Shown here: positions 13,501 through 26,104 of the stretch, piece by piece
How positions within the stretch are numbered: position 1 is the first letter of the stretch
Layout of the letters: each line of letters begins with the position of its first letter
Assembly (NCBI RefSeq): GCF_963506605.1
Contig: NC_083288.1
Location: 32,736,001-32,800,000, forward strand
Source of the DNA: Zootoca vivipara
Taxonomy: Eukaryota
Direction: 5' to 3'
Length of the DNA: 64,000 nt
Translations under genes and position numbers: made by a program
Notes under the pieces: generated by a model
Told to the model about the DNA's origin: nothing
Database searches by the model: none
What the model saw: the letters and a program-made list of their open reading frames with translations, nothing else

Positions 13501-13681
13501 TTCAATGGGAAAGTTCGCTTCAGTTTATGAACGCTTCAGTTTAAGAACTCCGTGGACCGTCTGGAACAGATTAATCCACTTTTCATTACTTTCACTGGGA
13601 AAGTTCGCTTCAGTTTATGAACGCTTCAGTTTATGAACAGACTTCTGGAACCAATTGTGTTCATAAACCGAGGTACCACTG
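13501..13681. mobile_element. Half Tigger-like MITE abutting the SINE
   Basis: Ends AAACCGAGGTACCACTG-TA; internal TTCAATGGGAAAGTTCGCTTCAG repeats. Confidence 0.8.
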
Positions 13682-14276
13682 TAAATATAGGTACAGCTAG
13701 TAGGGTTTATTGGGAGCCCTGCAAGACAAAAACTTATGAGCACATTTGTCTTGCAGAAACACAGCAAGAATATTAGGCAATAAAGCCTATTTCAGAGAAC
13801 TGAATGGGGCTCAGAATCCATGTGGACATATTGGGCTGCTTTAGCGCTAGCAAATAATGCAATACCTATAGGAATATATGTGCAAAGTCAGTCCCTGTTT
13901 GCCTCTCTCATGCTTCCCCCCAACATCAGCACTGTGATATATGTCAGAGGGGATTTTACCCTCCCTTTCCAATCATTTAAAAAGAAGTGGTTTTCTCCCT
14001 TCTTTGTAGGGACAGGAGGGGACAGGGAGACACAAGCAAGTAATTGCTGTGATATGTGGTGATGTACAAACAGTTCATGTCACTTTGCACAGACTACAAC
14101 GCTCGGTGTTGTTTTATCAAGGAGCCCTGCATTGTCATCAAGCTTCTATAATTTGTTTTATTGTTCCAATCACAGCCTTTTATTTCTGGCGTCCCCCTTC
14201 TTTGTTATTCATTCCAAACATAAGCGTCAATTTCTTCCCAGCTAATTATGGGTGAAAACTTTTGTTCAGCTGCGAA

Positions 14277-14470
14277 AAACATGTTTTCTTCAGCAATTCC
14301 ACAGGGAATCCTCATCTCTGAAAGTTTGATTTCCTTCTTCAGTTATAGGAAGCATGGGAATATTGATCTCTGGTGGAGTTTCAGTGGCCACGAGTAAAAT
14401 AAACAGCAAAGATCAAGAAGAATGTTATAAATATGCCAGGTACTATTTAGAGATATGAGTAGGAGCTGGA
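14277..14470 (+). promoter_or_regulatory. Putative V2R gene 2 promoter
   Basis: AAACATGTTTTCTTCAGCAATTCCACAGGGA is identical to gene 1; TATAAATA at 14426, 212 bp before ATG. Confidence 0.65.
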
Positions 14471-14637
14471 ATAAGGCCAGGATCTAAAAGTTTATTCTCT
14501 GATACTTTTGCATTACATGACTCAAGATTTAGATCTGTGAACAGAGTAAACTACCATTAGAGGAATCTCTAAGCATAGACACTCTGATTTTAGAGAATCT
14601 GCATGTATAGGGGGAAGTTGCCCTTCTACTGAAGAAG

Positions 14638-17600
14638 ATGGTGGTTGTAGTGGTGTTGTTCATTGTATTCTTTTCTCAGATGCCATGCAAAGCTCATACT
14701 GCAAAATGTAAGGTTCGTGGTCCACGTCACCCGCAACACATGTACCATCAGCCAGGAGACCTTATCATTGGTGGCATTGCAACTTATGGTGCTTTTGTGG
14801 ATACTTTATTATCTTTCACTGAAGATCCCCCACCAGCATCGCATGATAGCTTTGTGTAAGGATGGGAAAATTTGCTTATATTTTTATCCTTGTGTTTTGT
14901 ACCTGGCAAGACCAACTCTAACAGTTTATTCTGAAAATCAATGGGCGATGATGATGGTGGTGATTTCTTATCCACCCTTCCTCATAAGGTCCCAGGGCAG
15001 GTCACAATAATCCAAAAACACATTATTAAAAACAACTAATACAGATTATGATCACGAGTGAAAGCAGAAGGAAATAAACACTTCTTTTTCTGCACAGGAG
15101 AAAGACAGGGTGAAATGTATTTAAGCCTTTATATTTTATTTCACTTCTACATTCTCTTTCTCCTCATTTTTCAGTTATTTCTTCTACTGATTCTGTGTTG
15201 CTCAGAGATCGCCTGTGGTTTCTCTTAAGGTTTTGAATTCTTGCAACATTGTTTCTTTGTCCAGCACTTTGTATAATATTGGCCATACATAGGACGTGCA
15301 TTTTAACATTATGGAATCATTCCAACCACAAGTTTCACAGCCACCTTCATATATTCCTGATTCCTGGTCTTAAAATGTATCCTCTTCTGCTGGCCATATT
15401 ACATTTCCTTTTCTTGTATAATTCTGTTTCCCCAAAAATGTCTTCGTAAGAAAGGAGGTGATAGAGGCATATAATGTAAAATGAGAATTTGGAATAGACG
15501 CATGTGTGTTTTAATATTTGAATGTTCGTGGCTCCTATTAGTAAACTTATATTTATATTCTCACTCATATTAGCATACATTCCCGAAGTACCAATCAGTG
15601 CATATACAGTGTGTTGTGTTCTTAAACTGAGCACTGAAAATGTTTGGCTGTGTCTCTGCTGAGTTCAGCCTTGTGGCTGTTTGAAGGATACTCGTCAGCT
15701 CTCTGAGTTGAAGAAACTTCATTCTTTAAGTGACACTGGAAAACAGATGAGCTTAATTTCTCCAGATAGATACAGCATATGCCTTACTCTGTGCCTGGTT
15801 CATTTTGCATAGGCACCACAAGCACACCCGTCAATTTGCACTGTTAGCAGCTGCAGTAAGAATAAACCATCAGAAGATAAAAACAATGTCCTGTTGGTTC
15901 TTAAATTGCTTTTATTTGATTTATTTTATTTTAATATCATTTTTATATAGCTGTTTCCCACTCTGAAATTGCTCTTGGTAATGAAGGGAGGGCATGCAAA
16001 TGGAACTGCAAAAATCCAAATGCTATGTCAATCTGTGGCACAGCCTCATATATAACTGTGTCCTACAGATAAAACCATCCCCTCTGGAGGCAGAACCTAT
16101 ATGTTCCCTCTCATGGATCCTTGTTCAGGTGGATAGGTATAAAAGGTCTCCATTGCTAATCTTAAACTACAAGCTGCCTGGAATAGAAGTACTATGGTGA
16201 ATAATATAATGAAGAAGATGCAGGACACAGTGGAATTAGCTTTATTTTTTGATGCAGAATGCAACTATTTTTATAGTGTATTGACAAAGAACTACCAGCA
16301 CATCCTGGCCTTGGCGTATGCAGTAAAGGAGATAAATGAAAACCCTCAAATACTACCCAATGTCACTTTGGGCTTCCACATGTATGACAGCTATTTCGAT
16401 TCTAAGAAGACCTATCATGCCACAATGCTACTTATGTCCACACCAGAGAGGTTTGTTCCCAACTACGTATGTGGCATCCAAAGTAAACTATCAGCAGTGA
16501 TCGGGGGACTGGACTACCGAATTTCTGGCCTTGTGGCAGATATCCTGCACATATATAAGATTCCACAGGTAGGGATTATGTATGTGCATGTATGGATGTG
16601 CAGACGATGGGATTTAATCATTTTAAATGCCCCTCTGATCCTTGAATTTCACATGATACAATGGGAGAGATACATAAGCATTATAGCATGTCTACGAAAA
16701 AGTAACATTTGTGTCTTTGTTGATGTTCTAATAATTTTTATCCATTTATCTCCCTTTTATGAATGGGAGTTTATTCCATAAGGCCAATGGTATCCTCACA
16801 CAATTAAAGTAATGGNNNNNNNNNNNNNNNNNNNNNNNNNNNNNNNNNNNNNNNNNNNNNNNNNNNNNNNNNNNNNNNNNNNNNNNNNNNNNNNNNNNNN
16901 NNNNNNNNNNNNNNNNNNNNNNNNNNNNNNNNNNNNNNNNNNNNNNNNNNNNNNNNNNNNNNNNNNNNNNNNNNNNNNNNNNNNNACTGCCCTATACCCA
17001 GGGGTCTCATATAAAACATAAAAAAGTTCAGATTAAAATATCAGCACAATGAAACAAACGTAGTTGTGTGTGTGTGTGTGTGTGTGTACACACATACGTT
17101 TATTTTATTTGTGGCTTAGGTCATTTAACTATAACATATTTCCTGGGTTATATCCAACGCTAGTCATAGTCAGAATAAAGCAACTGAAACCAATGGTTTT
17201 AAGCTGATTTCAACATGTCTTATCAATGGATATTATACTTTCTCCATTTTAAATTTTCTACAGTAGACCCTCAGCTTACGTTACCTTTGGGTAACATAAA
17301 CTTCGGGTTGCAAAAGTGACAAACCCAGAAGTATATTTCCGGGTTTCGCTGCTCATGCATGCGCAGAAGCAGCGCCTCCGGGTGTGGAAACTTCAGGATA
17401 CGTCCGGACCTCCGGAATGGATCCTGTCTGCAACCGGAGGTACCACTGTTTTATTCTTTTAGAAAATATAGAAAATAATATAATATAGTAAATGAATCAA
17501 ATGCTTTAATTGGTGCATAATTTAGTTAATGCGTAAATAACTAAGCGTAAAGCTATGTGGTTGAAAAAGCAGAGTCTCTGTGCAATGACAATATGAATAT

Positions 17601-20600
17601 CCCATTCAGTGAAAGAATAGGGAGGTGAGCTTTAAGACTTGTATAGCCATAGTGCTTAATATAGAAATTAATTGCACAAGTACATCACAACGTATGTCTG
17701 ACTTTAACGCAATCAGCTTTAGGCACTTGGACGATAGACACACACACACAATTAAAAAGGGAGTAGAAAGGGGCTGGGGTTCTGGGAAAAATGACTTTGG
17801 CAATGCCACCTGCCATTGATCCCAATGTGTTTTAACTATGCACATTTTTGGCTTAACGCACACTACCCATAATGTAACCCGCATGTAAAATGACAGTCAT
17901 CTATATAAAATAAAGGTACATAATGAGAGTCTTGCTAGATCAGACTATGGACCTATCTAGTCTAGCGCCCTCTTTCTCACAGAAGAGCACAAGCATGACT
18001 GCAATACATTTTGTTACACCTGGAAGAAGTATTTCTTTACTGATCTTCTAATTTAAAATGTAATGTGAGAAGCCATTTGAATATCCTCGCTTCTGAGTTT
18101 ACACCGCACACCATCAAACAGTGAAGGAAGCTCTAGATATGACCCAAACTAAAATTTGGTTCATTTTAAAGTATACACCATTACAGCCATACACATCTAA
18201 TCTTTCTTGAAAATCTTTTGGCTCTGACTGCTAAGGTCATATATTTGTGACAGAGAGGAAGTCGGGAGAGAAACAGTCCCCACTGATGTCTCTACCCCAG
18301 ATATAAACCAACTTGACAACCTTAGCATAAAAACGAATCACCCCAACTTTAACATATTGTAATAACATTCCCATGTCTGTTGCAAACAATGTATCTTAAT
18401 GCATTATGTAATCTGAGTTCTTCAATATATTGATTAAACGTGACTACTAGTGTCACCTTTCTCAAATTTCCCCTTAGCTTCTCTATGGTTCTGCTCCAGA
18501 GATGGAAGATAAAACCACAGGAGCTTCCTTCTATAAAATGACCCCTGAGGAAACCCTTCAGTACACAGGGATTCTTTCTTTATTACTGCATTTCAGGTGG
18601 ACGTGGATTGGAATCGCTGCAATGGATAATGATAATGGAGAAAGGTTTCTGCAAATTGCAATTCCACTGTTTTCCCAGAATGGTATATGTTTTGCCTCCA
18701 TTGAAAGAGTTCCTATGAAAATTACAGTCACGGAACTCAATGACCTGCTAACATGGGGAGCAAAAATACGTGACAAACTCATGGATAGCAAAACCAATGT
18801 AGTACTGTTCTATGGAGAGTGCAATTCCATGGTATATTTAAGATGGCTCCCATATTTATCGGACCGGGAAAATGCAACAAATTCACTTAGTGGTAAAGTG
18901 TGGATTATGACAGCCCAGATGGAACTCACATCATTTGTCTTTCAAAAAGACTGGGACACAGAAATAATCCATGGTTCTCTCGCCTTCACAGTTCACAGCA
19001 GTGAACTACCAGAATTCAAAGTATATGTTGAGAGCAAAAATCCTTCTAGCACAGAAGGTGATGGTTTTATCAGGGACTTCTGGCAGCAGGCCTTTGTCTG
19101 TGTATTCCCAAACACTGAGGCAGATGGGGATATTTGCACAGGGGAAGAGAATCTTGACAGTCTTCCGGCACCAATTTTTGAAACAAGCATGACTGGCCAC
19201 AGCTACAATATCTACAATGCTGTCCATGCTGTGTCCCATGCTTTACATGCCATGACCTCATACAGAGTCAAATACAGCAAAATAGCACAGCCTCAGAAAC
19301 AACAGATGTGGCAGGTACTGTCCTCCTGAATATGCTCCTATGGCAATGTATAATATTTTAGGTACTGAAATAGGGCTGTCCCAGTATAGTAATTTGTCTC
19401 CCAAACCCTTCTTGTGCACACATTTACTTTTCCCCTCATCTCCAAATACTCAAGAAACTCCTCTCTTTTCACCCCTCACGTGATTCCCTTGTTGAAACTC
19501 TGTCCTCCAGCCACTCCCCATACCGCCCCTATCCCATACCTTCCTTCAGTCTTATTGTTGTTGTTGTTTAGTTGTTTAGTCGTATCCGACTCTTCGTGAC
19601 CCCCATGGACCATAGCACGGCAGGCACTCCTATCTTCCACTGCCTCCCACAGTTTGGTCAGACTCATGATGGTGGCTTCAAGAACACTGTCCAACCATCT
19701 CATCCTCTGTCATCCCCTTCTCCTTGTGCCTCCATCTTTCCCAACATCAGGGTCTTTTCCAGGGAGTCTTCTCTTCTCATGAGGTGGCCAAAGTATTGGA
19801 GCCTCAGCTTCAGGATCTGTCCTTCCAGGGAGCACTCAGGGCTGATTTCCTTCAGAATGGATAGGTTTGATCTTCTTGCAGTCCATGGAACTCTCAAGAA
19901 TCTCCTCCAGCACCATAATTCAAGCATCAATTCTTCTGTGATCAGCCTTCTTTATGGTCCAGCTCTTACTTCCATACATCACTACTGGGAAAACCATAGC
20001 TTGAACTATACGGACCTTTGTCGGCAAGGTGATGTCTCTGCTTTTTAAGATAATGTCTAGGTTTGTCATCGCTTTTCTCCCAAGAAGCAGGCGTCTTTTG
20101 ATTTCGTGACTGCTGTCACCATCTGCAGTGATCATGGAACCCAAGAAAGTAAAATCTCTCACTGCCTCCATTTCTTCCCCTTCTATTTGCCAGAAGGTGA
20201 GGGGACCAGTGGCCATGATCTTTGTTTTTTTGATATTGAGCTTCAGACCATATTTTGCGCTCTCCTCTTTCACCCTCATTAAAAGGTTCTTTAATTCCTC
20301 CTCACTTTCTGCCATCAAGGTTGTGTCATCAGCATATCTGAGGTTGTTGATATTTCTTCTGGCAATCTTAATTCCGGTTTGGGATTCATCTAGTCCAGCC
20401 TTTCGCATGATGAATTCTGCATATAAGTTATATAAGCAGGGAGACAATATACAGTAGGGTGGGTCATAAAAAACTTTTTTTGGAAAATGTTTCCTCCCTT
20501 GATCTTATATCAGGCGTATGGTCAAATTTCAAATTTGGGACAAATCGGTTAATATTTAGACCCTGCTCCTACAGATTGAAATTTTGCCTCACTATGAGTG

Positions 20601-23600
20601 ATGAAAACATAGGAATTTGACTCATTTATGTTAAATTGTGAACTAATAAACATAAATTTTAGATTTTATGTAGAGCAATAAGAGTTGCATACTATTATTT
20701 TCTGCAATATTTATTAATTTAAGATAAAACATGTTGATAATTTACATGAAAAACCAATGGTTTTGAACAAATTATATGGAACAATTAAGCAAACGGTGTA
20801 CTAAACAAGTAAACATAAACAATAAACAATAAAACACCATTCATGTGTTGCGTCAAAACATCACATTATACTTAATTACTTAGGTATAAATTGTACTAAA
20901 TGCTTACATTTTGTGTAATTAATAAAATTTAACAGAGGAGCATATTTCAATTGTTTCATTGCCTGATGGAAATTACATTGGTGGTCATGTTACACCGGTT
21001 GATAGCAAGGTGAAATCTATTGCAAATTCTCTTATCTCATTTCTCAGAGAAAAATACCTACCGTGTTTCCCCCTTTTTAAGGCGTAGTCATAAAATAAGC
21101 CATAGCAGCATTTCTAAGCATTTGAGAAATATAAACCGTACCCCGAAAATAAGCCATAGTGATAGGCGCTGTGCGGAAGAGATCACTGAGCTCCCCGAGT
21201 CAGCAGCAGCAACGCCGGCCGCAGCAGTGTTTGCTGAGTCCTTTCTTGCTTTTGGGACTTGGTTACTGTGCTGGCTTGGGATGGTGTGTGTGCAATTGCT
21301 GTTGCTGCTTCGTGTTTTTCAGCTGGATTCTCTGGGTTCTAAGCACTTTCCCCCGTTTGTTTGTGAAGCAGCACTCGGCTGCAGCCCCTGCCTCTCCCGA
21401 CGGCTGCATGAATGCGAGGCTGGATTTGATCGCTATCTCCTTTTCCATTTCTTTTGTCTTTGAGCACCCGGCCCCGCCCCCTCTCCCCTTCGTGGAATGA
21501 AGAACGGAGTTTTAGCAGCATTTCCTCATTATAAAAAAAAGGTCAGGAACTTTTACTTTAACCTCAAAAATGGGATATTTCCTCTCTCTAAAAACAACTC
21601 TGACCTGAACACCAATATAACGGGGGTAGATCACCTCCAGTTTATAAATCCGCAAGTAGATCGCAGTCTCCTAGAAGTTGGGCTCTATACTTTGGCTGAT
21701 TGCAAGCCTTTGCATCTTTAAAAAACAAAAACCATGCGCTTCTCAGTCTTAATTTTCCTTTAATTCATCCCCCTATACCCTCCTCCAACCATTGCCTCCT
21801 TCCATTCCTTACCCCCCTCCCTCTCTCCCCACTTCCCTCACTCCTGTGCGATCTCATTTAGTCATATACTTGCTTTTTCTGTTGTGTTGTCTATTTTATA
21901 TTTAATATTATTACCCTTTATGATGTTATTTTTCCCCTTGCGATAATTATTTATTTTTTATCTTTAACTAACTTTCCTTTCCATATTTTTCCATATATAA
22001 CTCAACACTTTCCCATTCCTTCTTAACTCTTTGGATAGAGTGCCCCCCCATTATTGTTGTTAATTTTACAATTCCTGGATTTTTTATGGAACCGAACAGC
22101 TCGGGTGCTTCAGAATGTGCCTTCTGTTGCTACAGGGCTATGGGGCTTCACTATTTGACCCCCCCCCCAGGTTGGGATTTTTAAAGTAGTTCTGTGGGTC
22201 CCAGGGCACAGAATCACCCCCGATCCTTTCCTTTGTCTAAACAGACCTATTCCCCCCTGACTTTGGAAGGCTGTGCTTCAAGGGTGATACCAGGGGTTTT
22301 TTAAGACCTGCGCCTCTTAAGGATTGTTACAGTCCATAACTTCCATTGCTTTCTACAGGGTTGGGGGTTTAAAGCACTGCCACCCCCACCCCACCCTGCA
22401 GGCGCTCGGAACTGGCAGCGCCAACAACGCGCCCAGCAATGTGCAGAAGAGAGCACCGAGCATCCTGAGCCAGTGGGTCCCAGTTGTACCAGCACTTTTT
22501 TTTTTAAAAAAAGACACCCCCTGAAAATAAGCCACTGTGTGTTTTTTTGAGGGAAAAAAGTTATAAGACGGTGTCTTAAAAAAGGGGAAACACGGTAGTG
22601 TGAGTCAACTTGCAGCAGTTGCTTGTGATGGGACAAACACAAACATACGGTAGGTGCCCTGGGAGGAATTAACCATCTTATTGAAATAGACATTGGCCGG
22701 CCATTGCAATGGATTTGTCCCAAATTTGAAATTTGACTATGTTTATACCATACGCCTGATATAAGATCAAGGGAGGAAACATTTTCATAAAAAAGTTTTT
22801 TATGACCCACCCTAATATACAGCCTTGTTGTACTCCTTTCCCAATTTTGAACCAATCAGTTGTTCCATATCCAGTTCTAACTGTAGCTTCTTGTCCCACA
22901 TAGAGATTTATCAGGAGACAGATGAGGTGATCAGGCACTCCCATTTCTTTAAGAACTTGCCATAGTTTGCTGTGGTCGACACAGTCAAATGCTTTTGTGC
23001 AGTCAATGAAGCAGAAGTAGATGTTTTTCTGGAACTCTCTAGCTTTCTCCATAATCCAGCACATGTTTGCAATTTGGTCTCTGGTTCCTCTGCCCCATCG
23101 AAATCCGGCTTGCACTTCTGGGAGTTCTCGGTCCACATACTGCTTAAGCCTGCCTTGTAGTTGAATGTAAAAAGACTTTGGCATGGCTGGCATGTTGCCT
23201 AATGTACAAAGTTACCCTGCCCACTTTTGGCTCTCATCCTGCACGCTTTGTCCTTAGTCTCACTCACCACTGGCATGCGGCCCTAATAAAGTTGCCCATG
23301 AGACTGAAAATGGTTGCCTGTTCCTGCTGTATAGTATGGTGGGTTTTGTTTTCTCTGATTGCATGTAGACATATCTGAGTTATTAGCAGCCAACTGTTGA
23401 TGTCAACTGTGGGTTATAAGTCAAATCGGAACCCTTCCTTGAGACCTGTGGATTGTAAATAACAATCTGTAGGTGGGATGGCAGTCACTCTTTCTTTATT
23501 TCCCATTCCTCTTCCTGCCTTTGGACCTACCCTTTCAGCCATACACTTTAAAATCTTTCTGGGTTCTGCTTCCCAGTGCATTCTCTCTAGTTAACATGCT

Positions 23601-26071
23601 GAGAAATCAAATCAAGTTTTAGCTCACTGGATATTTCACCAATCATCCCCTATTCAAAACTGTTCAGGGAACCTTTAGTCTGCTGCCATTAGACCTTCGT
23701 CTGAAAATTCCAAACTCTTTCCTTTTCCATCTAGCTCCATCATTTTTTGGGACGTGTTTCATTTAACAACAGTGGTGGTACCAAAATTGCTTTTGATCAT
23801 AATGGGCAGTTACTAGCTGGATTTGATTTTATCAACTGGATTGTTTCCTCAAACCGAACCTTTCACAGGGTGCAAGTGGGGAGTGTGGATCCAGAGGCTG
23901 CCCCAGACAAAGCCTTCACCATCAATGAAGATGCCATAACCTGGAACAACTGGTTTAACCAAGTATGATCCATTTTGGAGGGGGGGCAGTTTTGGGAATG
24001 CCCCATTGTTGAATCAGCCCTGGCTCTCTGCATGGGTGTGTAAAGTAAATGTCATGGTGAACGCCAATAGGAATGTTATTGAATCAAAGTGCAACATTGT
24101 ATGAATTGATGAATTCTTGGAGCTACAAAACATTCTGACCTTGATATTCTGCTGTTTCTTTCAATAACTGAGATATTGATGGAGGGAAACTAATGAATAA
24201 TATATAATAATAATAATAAAATAATAATTTTTATTTGTACCCCGCCCATCTGGCTGAGTCTCCCCAGCCACTCTGGGCGGCTTCCAGTCAAATATCAAAA
24301 CAATACAGCAATAGCACAATTACAAAAGTCACAAACAATACATAAACCACATCAAAAAATACACAACCGAATAGAAAACAATTTCAACATAAATCAATAT
24401 CTAAAACTAAGAATACATCCTTAATACAGTTTAAATAACATAGGTAAAAAATAACAGGAATTTAAACAAAAAACCAAAACAAAACAAAATGGAGCCCTCT
24501 CTGCCCAGCAGCGGCGGTGGCAACAGTCTTTTATAAAGCCCATCAGGCCCCGCCCTGGGCCAGGTGGTAAGTGGCAGGACCGGGGCCTTCAGGCGCTGAG
24601 CAGGGGAGTCCTCCTGGCTGGTAGCAGCAGCAACAGCAGTTCTTATAGGCCTTGGCCCCACCCTGGGCCAGGTGGTGAGTGGCAGGACCGTGGCCGTCAG
24701 GCGCTGAGCATATTTATATACATATAAATAAATACATTATTTATATGTATATAAATATTTATATATTTATGGCTTAGATTAGAGGTAAAAACACACACGT
24801 TTGAAATCCTTCCTATGGGCCAGAACCACATGACACTTTGACCATCACTCATATGTTTTTGCTCCATTTATTTCTTGACAATGTCTAGTTGAACTTAAGA
24901 TGGGACTGGATATCATCACATTCAGTATTCCCGTGCTTGTATCTCATGTCAGGCAAATAACACTGCATGGAAAGAAGCTTGCAACAGGGATATATAGGGT
25001 GAGTCTTTTAAAAGAGGCCCCGTGGAACATGTGTACTCTGTATCCATGGGGCCTCTTTTAAAGTACTCACCCTGTAGATAAATCAAAATGCACTAGTCAT
25101 AACCAAGTGTGTAAGCTGCATCACTGAGAAAAATGTGAAACCTTATTCCCTGCCATGCGCTCAAAAGAATAGGTCCTCTATATTATCTACAGTGATGTAT
25201 GTGGTCCACATAAAGTTGTCTCTTTAGGGGAAAATAAGTACTAGAAATTCCCCATTATGCATGTCTCACAGAACCGTGTTGATGTGTGCTGCCACGAAAT
25301 AAATAAATAAATTCATTCAAACCTGGAAATGGCGCAAAAAGGGCTAAAAAAAGAACACAAAAATGGTACGTAAAGAGTGTCTTGAAATCCCAGGAGCCTT
25401 TGCACTGACCTTTGAGGAGAGTTAGATTTTAAGAAAGGAGGTTTGACAGACATTTGTGGGTTTGGGGCAGAATTTAGCAGAGTATGGCGGAGGTTTTGGA
25501 GGATTGGGGGGGGGGGGAATAGATTTTTCTAATGATTAAAAATAATAATTTTACAAGTTGGGTGTCACAACAGCCCCATTCAGCTTTGCCAGAGGTTAGG
25601 GAAGAAAGGAACTGTTCCCCAACAACTCTTGGAGAGTGGCACTTTGGATAACCTCTGGTGCAGTAGACCTTCTAGGACTTAAAATGAGGAATGCCTTATA
25701 ATCAGCAAGTCAACTTTGTGCAACATAGTTTTAATATATAGATAATGGAGTACTTATCATCTTCATTCTTTTAACAAATGCCAGAAACGGTGGCTCCATT
25801 CATACATGGTTACACAATTTCTTCTGTAGTTCAGAGTGTATAGACAGGTGGAAAGCCCCCAGAAGTGCAAGCATTTGAAGCTCATACTTCTTCTTTTTCT
25901 TCTATGGATTAGACACAGCCACTGTCTGTATGTTGTGACAGTTGCCACCCTGGTTCAAGCAAGAAAGTGAAGGAGGGAGAGCAGTTTTGCTGCTATGATT
26001 GCATACCTTGTCCAGAAGGGAAGATTTCAGACCAAGAGGGTAAGAGATCTGTAGATAGATGATAGAGAGAT

Positions 26072-26104
<33 letters not shown>

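Larger units (their letters stand above)
19555..23160 (-). mobile_element. 5'-truncated BovB (RTE) LINE, split into 19555-20454 and 22815-23160
   Basis: RT motifs [41 protein letters not shown]; (CAA)n tail; the two parts are colinear across the insertion. Confidence 0.95.

Noticed and set aside
19572-23193. Reverse transcriptase ORFs as a novel RT system
   Set aside because: Ordinary truncated, frameshifted BovB LINE.
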